From the IMG/VR virus record IMGVR_UViG_3300032271_000682, positions 1 through 64,000 of that record: a stretch of DNA of 64,000 bases; one strand, given 5' to 3'. This document shows, piece by piece, positions 48,766-58,227 of this stretch. How positions within the stretch are numbered: the stretch's first letter is position 1; every line of letters begins with the position of its first letter. The notes under the pieces are model-generated. The model had not been told where the DNA came from. It did not search any database and worked only from the letters and a program-made list of their open reading frames with translations. Both the position numbers and the translations under genes were made by a program. This stretch comes from a virus.

Positions 48766-51700
48766 ATGTCAGACATTAAAAAATTTATGGATATCATGAT
48801 GGAAACTACCGCTGGAGCAACCTCTAGTGGTTCAGTCGCTGAAGTATCTCAGCCAATGATGTCTACTCAACGAAGAGTAAATCCTAGTATCTATACTAAT
48901 CAAGCTTCAAAATCTGATGATCATTGTCCTGAGTGTAAATGTAATCCATGTGAATGTCATGAAGCAAGCAGAAAAGCTCCAACAGCACCAAAAGCAAAAG
49001 AATTTGGTTTATGGCAAAATAGCGTATTAGCTGGAAAAGCACAAAAAGATAAAAAAACTAAAAAAGAAACCAATGAATCAGTTAAAATTTTAAAAACTAC
49101 TAAAACTCCTACTGGTAAGCAAGTACAAGGAAATTACGGTCTAGATTATCAGCCGGAAGAAAAACTAGATATGTACGGGCACTCAATGAGAGGAAGTCCA
49201 AAGTTACATTCTCCTAGAATCCCTGACAATAAATATCCTGGACAAGGACCTGGACGCCCTGAAAATATTAGCTCAACTGATGCATTTGACGTTTTAAAAA
49301 AAGATCCATTTGGTCGTGACAGCAATATGACAGAAGATGATCTAGAAGAAGATTGGGAAGACATTAAGAATGCTGGTAAAAAAACAATTGGGGCTGGAGC
49401 AATAGGGTTAGCAGCATTAGGCGGAGGCGGAACGCAAGCACAAACCGTTCCTGCTAATACAGGTACAAACGTAGCTCAAACACAGTCGGTTTCATCTAAT
49501 GCAGCAATAGTAAAAAGTTTGGTGAATCCCGAGGCACGACAAAGATTCTTAAAACAACACTCGGATACTACGGCTCAATTAAAAGATCCAAAATATGATC
49601 ATAATCCAGATGCTTTAGCACAACATGCAACTTATCCTAAAGAACAACATAGTCAATATATACAAAATGTCAAGAATGTGGCAGAATTTCAAAATCCCTA
49701 TCAGATTATTCGCACTGCGTTAAACATGGCAGGATTAACTCCACAGGAAGTTTTACAAAATCTACCTAAAGGATACAAACTTCCATCAACAGAGCCTAAA
49801 TCTGAGCCAGTGCGAATTCCAGGTGATCCAGGATACAAAGCACCGGTAAACGAATTTAAAAAATCTTCAAGAAATATTAATGAACTTGAATATGGTCAAG
49901 GTCAGCGCCAACTAAGATTAGCAGAAGTAGATGATAAAAGTGAACTAGATAGCTCTGGTATTCAAAGAATTATCAAAAAAATGGCGGCTAAACATCAAGA
50001 CGAAAAATGGACTAAAGAGCAGTTAGCTGCATTAGGTAAAAAATTAGCAGCGGCTGGTCGTAGAGAAGAAGAACGTAAGAATAAAAAGGGCGTTAAAGAA
50101 ACAGCAAACAAACCTAAATCTCCAAATCGTAATGATCCATGGGAACAAGGTTGGTCTGCTGCTCATCGACTTCAAAGCAACTATGAGTGTCCATATAAAA
50201 AAGGTACCGCTGAGTACGAGCGTTGGATGAATGGTTACGAAGAAGGCAGCTCACAACGTGGACATTATGATGAAAGTGTGAAGGAAGGCTCTGATCAACA
50301 GTTAACGATTCAACAGTTAGCTACTATCAGTGACGAAGCATTAGACAATGCTTATCACTATGGTCGTAGCACACCGGGAAATACATTTGGTTGGCAGGCA
50401 AATTTAAAATCTGCTGCTTATGCTAAACAAATGATTGATAAGGGTATCACTGATATTGAAGCAATTAGTGACGCTATTCATAAAGGATGGAATGTTACTG
50501 CTAAAGCATTTGTACAAAATCCTGATAAATTTGACGACACAAAAAAATTAAAAGCAGCTGGCAAACTAGAAGCAAAACTTCAACAACGAGAAAAATTGAT
50601 GAACATTGGTTATAGTCAATTACCAGACGAAGAACAAGAAAAAGATCGTGTAGTTGCTAGAGCGTTATTACAAGCCATTACAGGTCAACAAGATATGTCT
50701 GAAGCAGTAGAAGATCATACTAAAATCAAAGTTGATAGAATATCATCTAAATATCCAGGAACAAATATTTTAACTGGGAGTTCGTCCGTTCGTGTTGGAA
50801 GAAAGGGAAAATCTTCAATTGGAACATTTCCAACTTTTGAAATAGATGGACACAGATATATAACTCTTGCTGACGGAAATAAAATAGAAAGAGCGTTGAG
50901 ACAAGATGTAGCGGAAGACCTAGAAGAAAGCAAACGCACAATGAGTCGTGCTGCTAAGGGTAATGAAAAGTATGGTAAAGATGGAATGCAGGCATTAGCC
51001 AAAGCAGGTCGTGAAGGTAAAGATTTAGATAAAATCAGAGCCAAGTATAACAAATATGACGAAGACATTGAAGAAGGTTGGAGTCAAAAATACAAAAATT
51101 CAATCAACTGCTCACATCCTAAAGGATTTTCACAAAAAGCACATTGTGCAGGAAAAAAGAAACACAACGAATCAATAGAAATGGAAATGACTTGTGAAGA
51201 TTGTGGTATGTGTAAAACACACGGAGATCATAATCACAACGCTCTTGATGAAGCCTGTTGGAAAGGTTATCACAAAGAAGGTATGAAAACTATGTTTGGA
51301 AAAGAATACCCTAACTGTAAAAAAAATAAAAATGAGAGTCTAGAAACTTATATTCGTAAAGGTGAGTGTCCTGGGTGTGGAGGATCAATGATTGCTGAAG
51401 GGCAATTAAACGAAAAACAAGATGCGTGTTATCACAAAGTAAAATCAAGATACAAAGTGTGGCCTAGTGCTTATGCGTCAGGAGCATTGGTTCAATGTAG
51501 AAAAAAAGGTGCTGCCAATTGGGGTAACAGTACAAAAAAAGAATCCATTGATCTAGATGAAAATCTACATGACTGGTTCGGAAAAGAAAAATGGGTGCGT
51601 ATGGATACGAAGGGCAACATAAAAGGCCCTTGCGCTAGAGGTTCAAAAAGTGAAGGTAAGCCCAAGTGCTTACCACAAAGCAAAGCACACAGTATAGGTA

Positions 51701-52131
51701 AAAAAGGACGAGCCAGTGCCGCCACGAAAAAACGCAGAGAAGATCCAAATCCAGAACGCAGTGGAAAGGCTATCAATGTTAAGACTTCTACTAAATCAAC
51801 AGCTAAGACTGAAGGAATGTCGGCAAAAATCAAACCTATTCAAGAATTATCTTCTGCTATATTAGATAGATACAAAGAGAAGGCTAAGAAATCTTCGGAT
51901 GAATTAATCAGACAGGGTAAATATCGTAAGGCTAATGACAGAACCATGAATGTTATGAAGGCAACAGGTAAACAAATTGATAATACTGTATCAAGTATTA
52001 GAAAATCTTTGAGAAATGACAAAAGCGTAGCAGAAGGATCAAATACAAAAGTTACAAAAACATCTTCTGATATTCGTGCAATAAATAAAGCTGCTATGAA
52101 AGAAATATCATCACTGAAAAAGAATAAATAA
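48766..52131 (+). CDS. 1121-aa mosaic protein (putative head-packaged polyprotein: RMF-like, RyR-like and Cys-rich microdomains)
   Basis: Late box 48734 and SD agga. Short unrelated modules separated by (V/L/I/N)xE linkers. Confidence 0.7.
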   Translation: MSDIKKFMDIMMETTAGATSSGSVAEVSQPMMSTQRRVNPSIYTNQASKSDDHCPECKCNPCECHEASRKAPTAPKAKEFGLWQNSVLAGKAQKDKKTKKETNESVKILKTTKTPTGKQVQGNYGLDYQPEEKLDMYGHSMRGSPKLHSPRIPDNKYPGQGPGRPENISSTDAFDVLKKDPFGRDSNMTEDDLEEDWEDIKNAGKKTIGAGAIGLAALGGGGTQAQTVPANTGTNVAQTQSVSSNAAIVKSLVNPEARQRFLKQHSDTTAQLKDPKYDHNPDALAQHATYPKEQHSQYIQNVKNVAEFQNPYQIIRTALNMAGLTPQEVLQNLPKGYKLPSTEPKSEPVRIPGDPGYKAPVNEFKKSSRNINELEYGQGQRQLRLAEVDDKSELDSSGIQRIIKKMAAKHQDEKWTKEQLAALGKKLAAAGRREEERKNKKGVKETANKPKSPNRNDPWEQGWSAAHRLQSNYECPYKKGTAEYERWMNGYEEGSSQRGHYDESVKEGSDQQLTIQQLATISDEALDNAYHYGRSTPGNTFGWQANLKSAAYAKQMIDKGITDIEAISDAIHKGWNVTAKAFVQNPDKFDDTKKLKAAGKLEAKLQQREKLMNIGYSQLPDEEQEKDRVVARALLQAITGQQDMSEAVEDHTKIKVDRISSKYPGTNILTGSSSVRVGRKGKSSIGTFPTFEIDGHRYITLADGNKIERALRQDVAEDLEESKRTMSRAAKGNEKYGKDGMQALAKAGREGKDLDKIRAKYNKYDEDIEEGWSQKYKNSINCSHPKGFSQKAHCAGKKKHNESIEMEMTCEDCGMCKTHGDHNHNALDEACWKGYHKEGMKTMFGKEYPNCKKNKNESLETYIRKGECPGCGGSMIAEGQLNEKQDACYHKVKSRYKVWPSAYASGALVQCRKKGAANWGNSTKKESIDLDENLHDWFGKEKWVRMDTKGNIKGPCARGSKSEGKPKCLPQSKAHSIGKKGRASAATKKRREDPNPERSGKAINVKTSTKSTAKTEGMSAKIKPIQELSSAILDRYKEKAKKSSDELIRQGKYRKANDRTMNVMKATGKQIDNTVSSIRKSLRNDKSVAEGSNTKVTKTSSDIRAINKAAMKEISSLKKNK

Positions 52132-52135
52132 TAAT

Positions 52136-53284
52136 ATGAAAATGTCTGAAATCATCAATGATGATATTATTTCAAAAGAAAAACGAAAATCAAGTGAGTT
52201 GGTAAAATCACGAACTACTCCTATAGCAAGAGATTATTTCGGAAATAAATCTACACAACAAAAACCAATTGATCGTGAAGTTCAAAAGAAATCCAAACAA
52301 AAAGAATGGTTTGAAGAGAGTAATCAAATTACAGATGAAGAGTCATTAGACAATACACTTAACATGACTGCATTTGAAGATACAGTATCATTAGATAGTA
52401 AGTATACAGTTTGTGCTAAGGGCAGTAATCAGCCTACACTATTATATCATACTAAGCACGAAGCAGAAGAAGCATCAAAAAAAGTTCCTGGTTCTACAGT
52501 TAGACTAGTAGTACCAAAACAAAAAACTGGACAAATGGGCGAGAGTAGTATGAAAGCTGCTACTCGTAAACCAGAAGGATCAAAATTTGGTGGCTACTAT
52601 AAGGGAACTCAAAAAGGTGCTCCAAAACCAAATCAAAGTTTTGGAAGCACTGATGAAAGCATAGAGTTAGATGAGTTCGCTCCAAGCAAAGGTTATCCGG
52701 GTTATGTTAACTCATCTGATACTGACGACAGCCCTCCTACAGCACCACCCGCACCACCCACTACCTCTTCAAGACGAGGGCGTGACGATGACGATGATGG
52801 TGAATTTTTTCTAGACTTAGACAGTGTCGGAGGAGTAGGCGGGCGCGACAAAAACGGTAAACACAAAGTCTATACTAAGTATCAGTTTAGTATCTATCAA
52901 CAAGCAACTCCAGTTGGCAAGCATCACAATGATGATTTAATTCCAGTTGGTGATTATCCTTCTGGTGACTATTTTTTTGTAAAAGAAGTGGGCCATTGTG
53001 AATTGGATGAATCTAAAGGAAATAGTCTGAAAGGTTATGTATTTGTTCAAGGTCAAGGTAGAAAGTTTTTTAATTATGACATGAGCGACAATTCTAACCC
53101 AATGGTTAGACAAGCACAAGACAAAATTGAAGATAGTCAAAAAGACTTAAAGGAAGTTGCTCCTCCAGGAAAAGAAAAATTGGTTAGAAAACTGAAAAAA
53201 GAATATCCAGGACATCCAGAAAAAGCATTTGCAACTGCGTGGGCAATAAAAAATAAAACAGTAAATAACAAAGGTAAAAAATAA
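52136..53284 (+). CDS. Mosaic protein with CTS-like leader (second putative polyprotein)
   Basis: MKMSEIIND; modules separated by FEE, MGE, LDE and LKE; late box 5 nt upstream. Confidence 0.65.
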   Translation: MKMSEIINDDIISKEKRKSSELVKSRTTPIARDYFGNKSTQQKPIDREVQKKSKQKEWFEESNQITDEESLDNTLNMTAFEDTVSLDSKYTVCAKGSNQPTLLYHTKHEAEEASKKVPGSTVRLVVPKQKTGQMGESSMKAATRKPEGSKFGGYYKGTQKGAPKPNQSFGSTDESIELDEFAPSKGYPGYVNSSDTDDSPPTAPPAPPTTSSRRGRDDDDDGEFFLDLDSVGGVGGRDKNGKHKVYTKYQFSIYQQATPVGKHHNDDLIPVGDYPSGDYFFVKEVGHCELDESKGNSLKGYVFVQGQGRKFFNYDMSDNSNPMVRQAQDKIEDSQKDLKEVAPPGKEKLVRKLKKEYPGHPEKAFATAWAIKNKTVNNKGKK

Positions 53285-53724
53285 TGTTAGCAGATAATTT
53301 AAAAATACTATTAGGTAGCACATATGGTCTTTATTTTAAGACTCACGGTTTTCACTGGAACGTAGAAGGAAGTGATTTCCCACAATATCACAAATTTCTA
53401 AACAAATATTATGATGAAATTTATGGTTCTGCTGATACAATAGCTGAGTACATTCGTAGTCTTGGAGCGTTTGCGCCAGGAAGCATGACACGAATGATGG
53501 AGTTGAATGTCGTTCAAGATCAACTAAAGATTCCACGAGCAGAACTTATGTTTGCTGAGTTACTTCAAGATACAGAAAAAATGATTGAAATGGTTAAAGA
53601 CATATTCGACGAAGCAACCGAAAATAGAGAACAGGGAATTGCTAACTTTATGGCCGATTTGCAAGATTTGTACAGTAAAAGACGTTGGATGATAGCAGCT
53701 ATTCTAAAAAAGGAACGTGAGTGA
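53284..53724 (+). CDS. dps: Dps / ferritin-like DNA-protecting protein
   Basis: KTHGFHWNVEG.DF.QYH.FL..YY.EI....D.IAEYIRSLG; C-terminal K..WM. Confidence 0.92.
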   Translation: MLADNLKILLGSTYGLYFKTHGFHWNVEGSDFPQYHKFLNKYYDEIYGSADTIAEYIRSLGAFAPGSMTRMMELNVVQDQLKIPRAELMFAELLQDTEKMIEMVKDIFDEATENREQGIANFMADLQDLYSKRRWMIAAILKKERE

Positions 53725-53978
53725 AGATCAGTGATTTACTAAGTGAGAATATGGATCATAGTAAAGATGATCAAGCTGTTCCACAATTAAAAGCTGCATT
53801 ATTAGCTCAGAAGAAAAAGATCCAATCTGTTAAAGACGATAAAAATGAAGTGTATGACATCATTGATGGCATGATGACTAGCATTTCCAAAGCTCATAGT
53901 ATTAGTGGTCAAAAACTTCATGATATGTGGACCAAAAAGTACAAAGAGATTCCTGATACTTGGATCATGAATCAGTAA
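53721..53978 (+). CDS. Small protein with CTS-like leader
   Basis: GTG start overlapping the dps stop; MKISDLLSE. Confidence 0.65.
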   Translation: MKISDLLSENMDHSKDDQAVPQLKAALLAQKKKIQSVKDDKNEVYDIIDGMMTSISKAHSISGQKLHDMWTKKYKEIPDTWIMNQ

Positions 53979-53993
53979 TATTACCGAAATACA

Positions 53994-54021
53994 TTGACAT
54001 TTAGCACAACTCCTGTATAAT
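53994..54021 (+). promoter_or_regulatory. sigma70 promoter of the replication operon
   Basis: TTGACA-16-TATAAT with overlapping AATAAGTA. Confidence 0.7.
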
Positions 54022-54046
54022 AAGTACTATCTCAAAAGGAGTAACA

Positions 54047-54325
54047 ATGTCAGACACACAAGATCATGATCAAACGATGTTTACGAGTGATCAAAAATTA
54101 AAACTAAATCAACTAATCAACGAGGGCATGCAAGTCATGAACGAAGTTGAAACACTCAATAGTGGTTTATCGGATACCATTAAGGCAATGGCAGAAGAAA
54201 TGAATATCAAAGCCACTGTTCTTAAAAAAGCAATTAAGGTTGCTCATAAAATGGAATTTGGCCAAACTCAACGCGATCACGAATTGCTAGAAAACATTCT
54301 TACTACAGTAGGAAAAACTCTTTAA
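54047..54325 (+). CDS. T4 DsbA-like dsDNA-binding protein
   Basis: Helical L..LI.E....M.E.E.L...L.D.IK..AEE..I...VL.KAIK.AHK pattern; precedes the polymerase. Confidence 0.55.
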   Translation: MSDTQDHDQTMFTSDQKLKLNQLINEGMQVMNEVETLNSGLSDTIKAMAEEMNIKATVLKKAIKVAHKMEFGQTQRDHELLENILTTVGKTL

Positions 54326-57048
54326 TGAGTTATGTTGATTGTCTGCATGATCGTGATAAAGACGTTATTCACGTTGTAGAACGAGTTGACGGTAAACGTA
54401 TTTACAAAGAGTATCCAACAAACTACGTATTGTATTACGAAGATTCAAAAGGAAAATATCGTTCTGTATACGAAGATTCTCTAAGCAAATTTTCTTGTAG
54501 AAAGCGAACTGAGTTTCAAAAAGAACTTAGAATGCATTCTGGAAAGAAAATATTTGAAAGCGATATTAATCCAGTTTTTCGTATGCTATCAGATAATTAT
54601 CTTGGAAAAGAAAGTCCTAAGCTTCATACATGCTTTTTTGACATTGAAACTGACTTTGATCCACAAAAAGGTTTTGCGCCAACTACTGATCCATTTAATC
54701 CAGTTACCGCTATATCGCTATATCTAGATTGGGCTGATCAATTAGTTACTCTTTGTATTCCTCCTAGACATATGGATCCAGAAACTGTAACAGAGATATC
54801 CAACTCATTTGAAAACACATTTGTTTTTAAAAATGAAACTGATATGTTCAATATGTTTTTTGAGTTGATTGAAGATGCAGACGTACTAACTGGTTGGAAC
54901 TCAGCAGGCTATGATATTCCGTATATGGTTAATAGAGTAACTAGAGTAATGTCTAAAGATGATACTCGCAGATTCTGTTTATGGAATCAATTGCCAAAAC
55001 CTAGAACCTATATCATGTTCGATCAAGAACAAGAAACGTATGATCTAAGCGGCAGAATTCATATGGACTATCTAGAACTGTATAAGAAATATAACTATGA
55101 ATCACGACACAGTTATAAGTTAGATAGTATTGGAGAAATGGAAGTTGGAGAAAACAAAACTCAATACGAAGGATCTCTTGATCAATTATACAATAAAGAT
55201 TGGCGTAAGTTTTTAGAATACAATCGTCAAGATACTATGTTATTGTTCAAGATTCATGACAAATTAGAGTTTTTATATCTAGCTAACGATATTGCTCATC
55301 AAAACGGAGTATTGTTACCAACTGCCATGGGCAGTGTGGCTATGATTGATCAATCAATTATCAATAAAGCTCACGCTCGTGGTTTTATAGTTCCATCAAA
55401 AACGAGACAAATACAAAATGACGACGACGATGACGAAAAAGCAGCAGGTGCCTACGTTGCTGTGCCTAAGAAAGGAATCCATGAATCTATCGGGGCAGTC
55501 GACCTTAAATCACTTTACCCGTCAAACATCCGTGCTCTTAACATGGCGCCAGAAACCATCATCGGTCAAATTAGACCGCACATGACCGATAAGTACATTT
55601 CTGATCGTATGGCAGATTCTATATCAGCCAAAGGAAAGAAAATCAAAGGTATGAAGTTTGCAGAAGCATGGGACGGATTATTTGGTACACTTGAATATAC
55701 TGCAGTAATGAATCAAGAGCGTGGCACTATGCTAACTGTTGATTGGGAACGTGGTGATTCTGAAGAGGCCAGCGCAGCAGAAATTTGGAAAATGATATTT
55801 GATTCAAATCAACCATGGATGCTATCAGCTAATGGTACTATCTTTACTTATGAAAAAGAGGGTATTATTCCTGGTCTGTTAACTGAATGGTTCAATGAAC
55901 GTATTGAAATACAAAAACAAATGAACTTGGCAACCACTGTCGAAGAGCGTGAGTTTCTTGATAAACGTCAGTTAGTTAGAAAGATTTTACTAAACTCTGC
56001 ATATGGTGCATTACTGAATGAACATAGTAGATTCTATGACATCAGATTGGGTCAAAGTACTACACTGGGCGGTCGTTGTATTGTTAAGCATATGAGTGCT
56101 TTCTTAAACGAAGCAATCACTGGAGTATACGATCATAATGGTGAAGCTATCATTTATGGTGACACTGACTCTTGTTATTTTTCTGCTTGGCCAATTTTGT
56201 CTAAAGATCCAGAAATGAAAGAACGTTGGAATAAAGACATGGCAATTGAAGTGTATAATGGTCTTAGTGAACAGGTCAATGCATCATTTCCTCAGTTTAT
56301 GGAATCATCATTTCATGTGCCTCGTAAAAATGGTAAGATTATTGAGTGTAGCAGAGAACTAGTTGCTGATCGTGGCATCTTTATGACCAAGAAACGTTAC
56401 GCTGTGAATATCTACGACAAAGAAGGCAAACGTCTTGATGTTAATGGTAAGCGTGGTAAGATTAAAGCCATGGGTCTTGATTTGAAACGAGCAGATACAC
56501 CTAAGTATGTTCAGCAATTCTTGTCTAAGATTCTTGATTTTGTACTAGAAGGAACCAATCGTGATGTTATCATTAAAGAGATTAGAGAGTTTAAACATCT
56601 GTTATCTAAAAATGATCCATGGACTAAAGGTAGACCAATGGGCGTCAAGAAAATAACTCACTACGCTGAATTACTAAAAAGAGAAGCACAATCTACCACT
56701 AGAAGAATGACTAAGAAAGTAAGCCCACCCGGTCACGTTAATGCTTCTATCAATTGGAATTTCTTACGTGATATGAATGGAGACAAATATTCACAAAAAA
56801 TTGTGGATGGAATGAAGATTGTAGTTTGTCAACTTAAAGATAATCCACTTCAGATGACTTCAGTTGCTTATCCAGTAGATCAGCTAAGATTGCCAACTTG
56901 GTTTAAAGATTTGCCATTTGATGAAGAGGCAATGATGCAGTCTTTGGTTAACGATAAGATTGAGAATTTGATTGGAGTTCTTAACTGGGACGTAGAAGCA
57001 GATAGCAATATTAATAGCACATTCTCTTCGCTATTCTCATTCGGTTAA
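54325..57048 (+). CDS. Family B DNA polymerase (gp43-like)
   Basis: Exonuclease DIETD, WNS.GYD and YNRQD motifs; polymerase DLKSLYPS, KILLNSAYG, YGDTDS and KKRY motifs. Confidence 0.97.
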   Translation: MSYVDCLHDRDKDVIHVVERVDGKRIYKEYPTNYVLYYEDSKGKYRSVYEDSLSKFSCRKRTEFQKELRMHSGKKIFESDINPVFRMLSDNYLGKESPKLHTCFFDIETDFDPQKGFAPTTDPFNPVTAISLYLDWADQLVTLCIPPRHMDPETVTEISNSFENTFVFKNETDMFNMFFELIEDADVLTGWNSAGYDIPYMVNRVTRVMSKDDTRRFCLWNQLPKPRTYIMFDQEQETYDLSGRIHMDYLELYKKYNYESRHSYKLDSIGEMEVGENKTQYEGSLDQLYNKDWRKFLEYNRQDTMLLFKIHDKLEFLYLANDIAHQNGVLLPTAMGSVAMIDQSIINKAHARGFIVPSKTRQIQNDDDDDEKAAGAYVAVPKKGIHESIGAVDLKSLYPSNIRALNMAPETIIGQIRPHMTDKYISDRMADSISAKGKKIKGMKFAEAWDGLFGTLEYTAVMNQERGTMLTVDWERGDSEEASAAEIWKMIFDSNQPWMLSANGTIFTYEKEGIIPGLLTEWFNERIEIQKQMNLATTVEEREFLDKRQLVRKILLNSAYGALLNEHSRFYDIRLGQSTTLGGRCIVKHMSAFLNEAITGVYDHNGEAIIYGDTDSCYFSAWPILSKDPEMKERWNKDMAIEVYNGLSEQVNASFPQFMESSFHVPRKNGKIIECSRELVADRGIFMTKKRYAVNIYDKEGKRLDVNGKRGKIKAMGLDLKRADTPKYVQQFLSKILDFVLEGTNRDVIIKEIREFKHLLSKNDPWTKGRPMGVKKITHYAELLKREAQSTTRRMTKKVSPPGHVNASINWNFLRDMNGDKYSQKIVDGMKIVVCQLKDNPLQMTSVAYPVDQLRLPTWFKDLPFDEEAMMQSLVNDKIENLIGVLNWDVEADSNINSTFSSLFSFG

Positions 57049-57062
57049 TGTGTCCAATAGTA

Positions 57063-57091
57063 TTGACTTAACTCAATCATTATAGTATTAT
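57063..57091 (+). promoter_or_regulatory. sigma70 promoter
   Basis: TTGACT-17-TATTAT. Confidence 0.55.
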
Positions 57092-57111
57092 AACTTATAT
57101 AAAGGAAAAAC

Positions 57112-57843
57112 ATGAAAGATAATTTAAATGACATGATTAGTCATACTTCTCAATTGGGATTTATTGATCTAATCAAAGTCGTTGGAACTGATAAACAAAC
57201 TGTAATTGCAGCTTTGGCAGAAGATAGATCAGTGATTGTAAGTGGAAAATTTAAAGTTCCAATGTTAGAATTCGTTGGCACATTTGGAATGCCAAATTTG
57301 GCTAAACTTAAAACCATTCTTGGTTTTGATGAGTATGATGAGAACGCAACTCTTACTATGATTAGTGATAATCTAGAATATCCAGATGCTCCAACTGCTA
57401 TTCACTTTGAAACTCAGAGTGGAGACTTTGTAAACGATTATAGATTAATGATGCAATCTATCATTGAAACTAAATTGCCAGATGTTAAGTTTGCTGGCGC
57501 AACTTGGAATATTAATTTTGAACCTAAAATTGCCAATATTCAAAGATTACAAAAGCAATCTGGTGCTAATAGTGAATCAACTACATTCGTTACAAAAATG
57601 GATGGAACTAATCTCAAGATTTACTTTGGTGACGTTAGCAGTCATAGTGCTAACTTTGTATTTGAGAGTGATGTAGTTGGAACATTATCTAGATCATGGG
57701 CATGGCCTACAAAACAGTTTATCAGTGTTATGCAATGTGTTGGAGATAAAAAGATTTATATCTCTGATCAGGGCGCAATGAAAATCACTGTTGATAGTGG
57801 CATTGCTGATTATGAATATTTATTTCCAGCACAACAACCTTAA
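57112..57843 (+). CDS. Putative sliding clamp (gp45-like)
   Basis: 243 aa directly after PolB; two-domain alpha/beta pattern with FGMPNL.KL..IL and a C-terminal YEYLFP. Confidence 0.55.
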   Translation: MKDNLNDMISHTSQLGFIDLIKVVGTDKQTVIAALAEDRSVIVSGKFKVPMLEFVGTFGMPNLAKLKTILGFDEYDENATLTMISDNLEYPDAPTAIHFETQSGDFVNDYRLMMQSIIETKLPDVKFAGATWNINFEPKIANIQRLQKQSGANSESTTFVTKMDGTNLKIYFGDVSSHSANFVFESDVVGTLSRSWAWPTKQFISVMQCVGDKKIYISDQGAMKITVDSGIADYEYLFPAQQP

Positions 57844-57845
57844 GT

Positions 57846-58226
57846 ATGATTAATAATTATCTGACCACTAGTGGTAACGGAATCGTTATTATGGGCGCAG
57901 ATCAGCAGTCAATGCCACACATTAACGAATCTATAACTCCGTATCCAGATGGCACTGGTAGATTATGCTACAACGGAGATATTAAATATGTTAATGGATC
58001 ACATCATATTTTCAGAAATGGAGTATGGCAGCATCTACCATATACTTCACTAAGTATAGGATTGACTACTGAATTTGAAAATGCCATACGTTGGGCTGAA
58101 AAGAAAATGAAACAAGAAGATAGACTTTTGCAAATGGCAAAAGAATATCCAGTGGTTTTGACTGCTCTTGATAATTTGAAAACAGCACAAGAACAAGTAG
58201 ATATAATTGCGGCATTGGTGAAATAA
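57846..58226 (+). CDS. Hypothetical protein
   Basis: 126-aa ORF in the operon. Confidence 0.6.
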   Translation: MINNYLTTSGNGIVIMGADQQSMPHINESITPYPDGTGRLCYNGDIKYVNGSHHIFRNGVWQHLPYTSLSIGLTTEFENAIRWAEKKMKQEDRLLQMAKEYPVVLTALDNLKTAQEQVDIIAALVK

Positions 58227-58227
58227 C

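Noticed and set aside
54325-57048. Intein or intron in the DNA polymerase
   Set aside because: All motifs are contiguous in a normal-length ORF; no intein C/HN termini or homing endonuclease seen.
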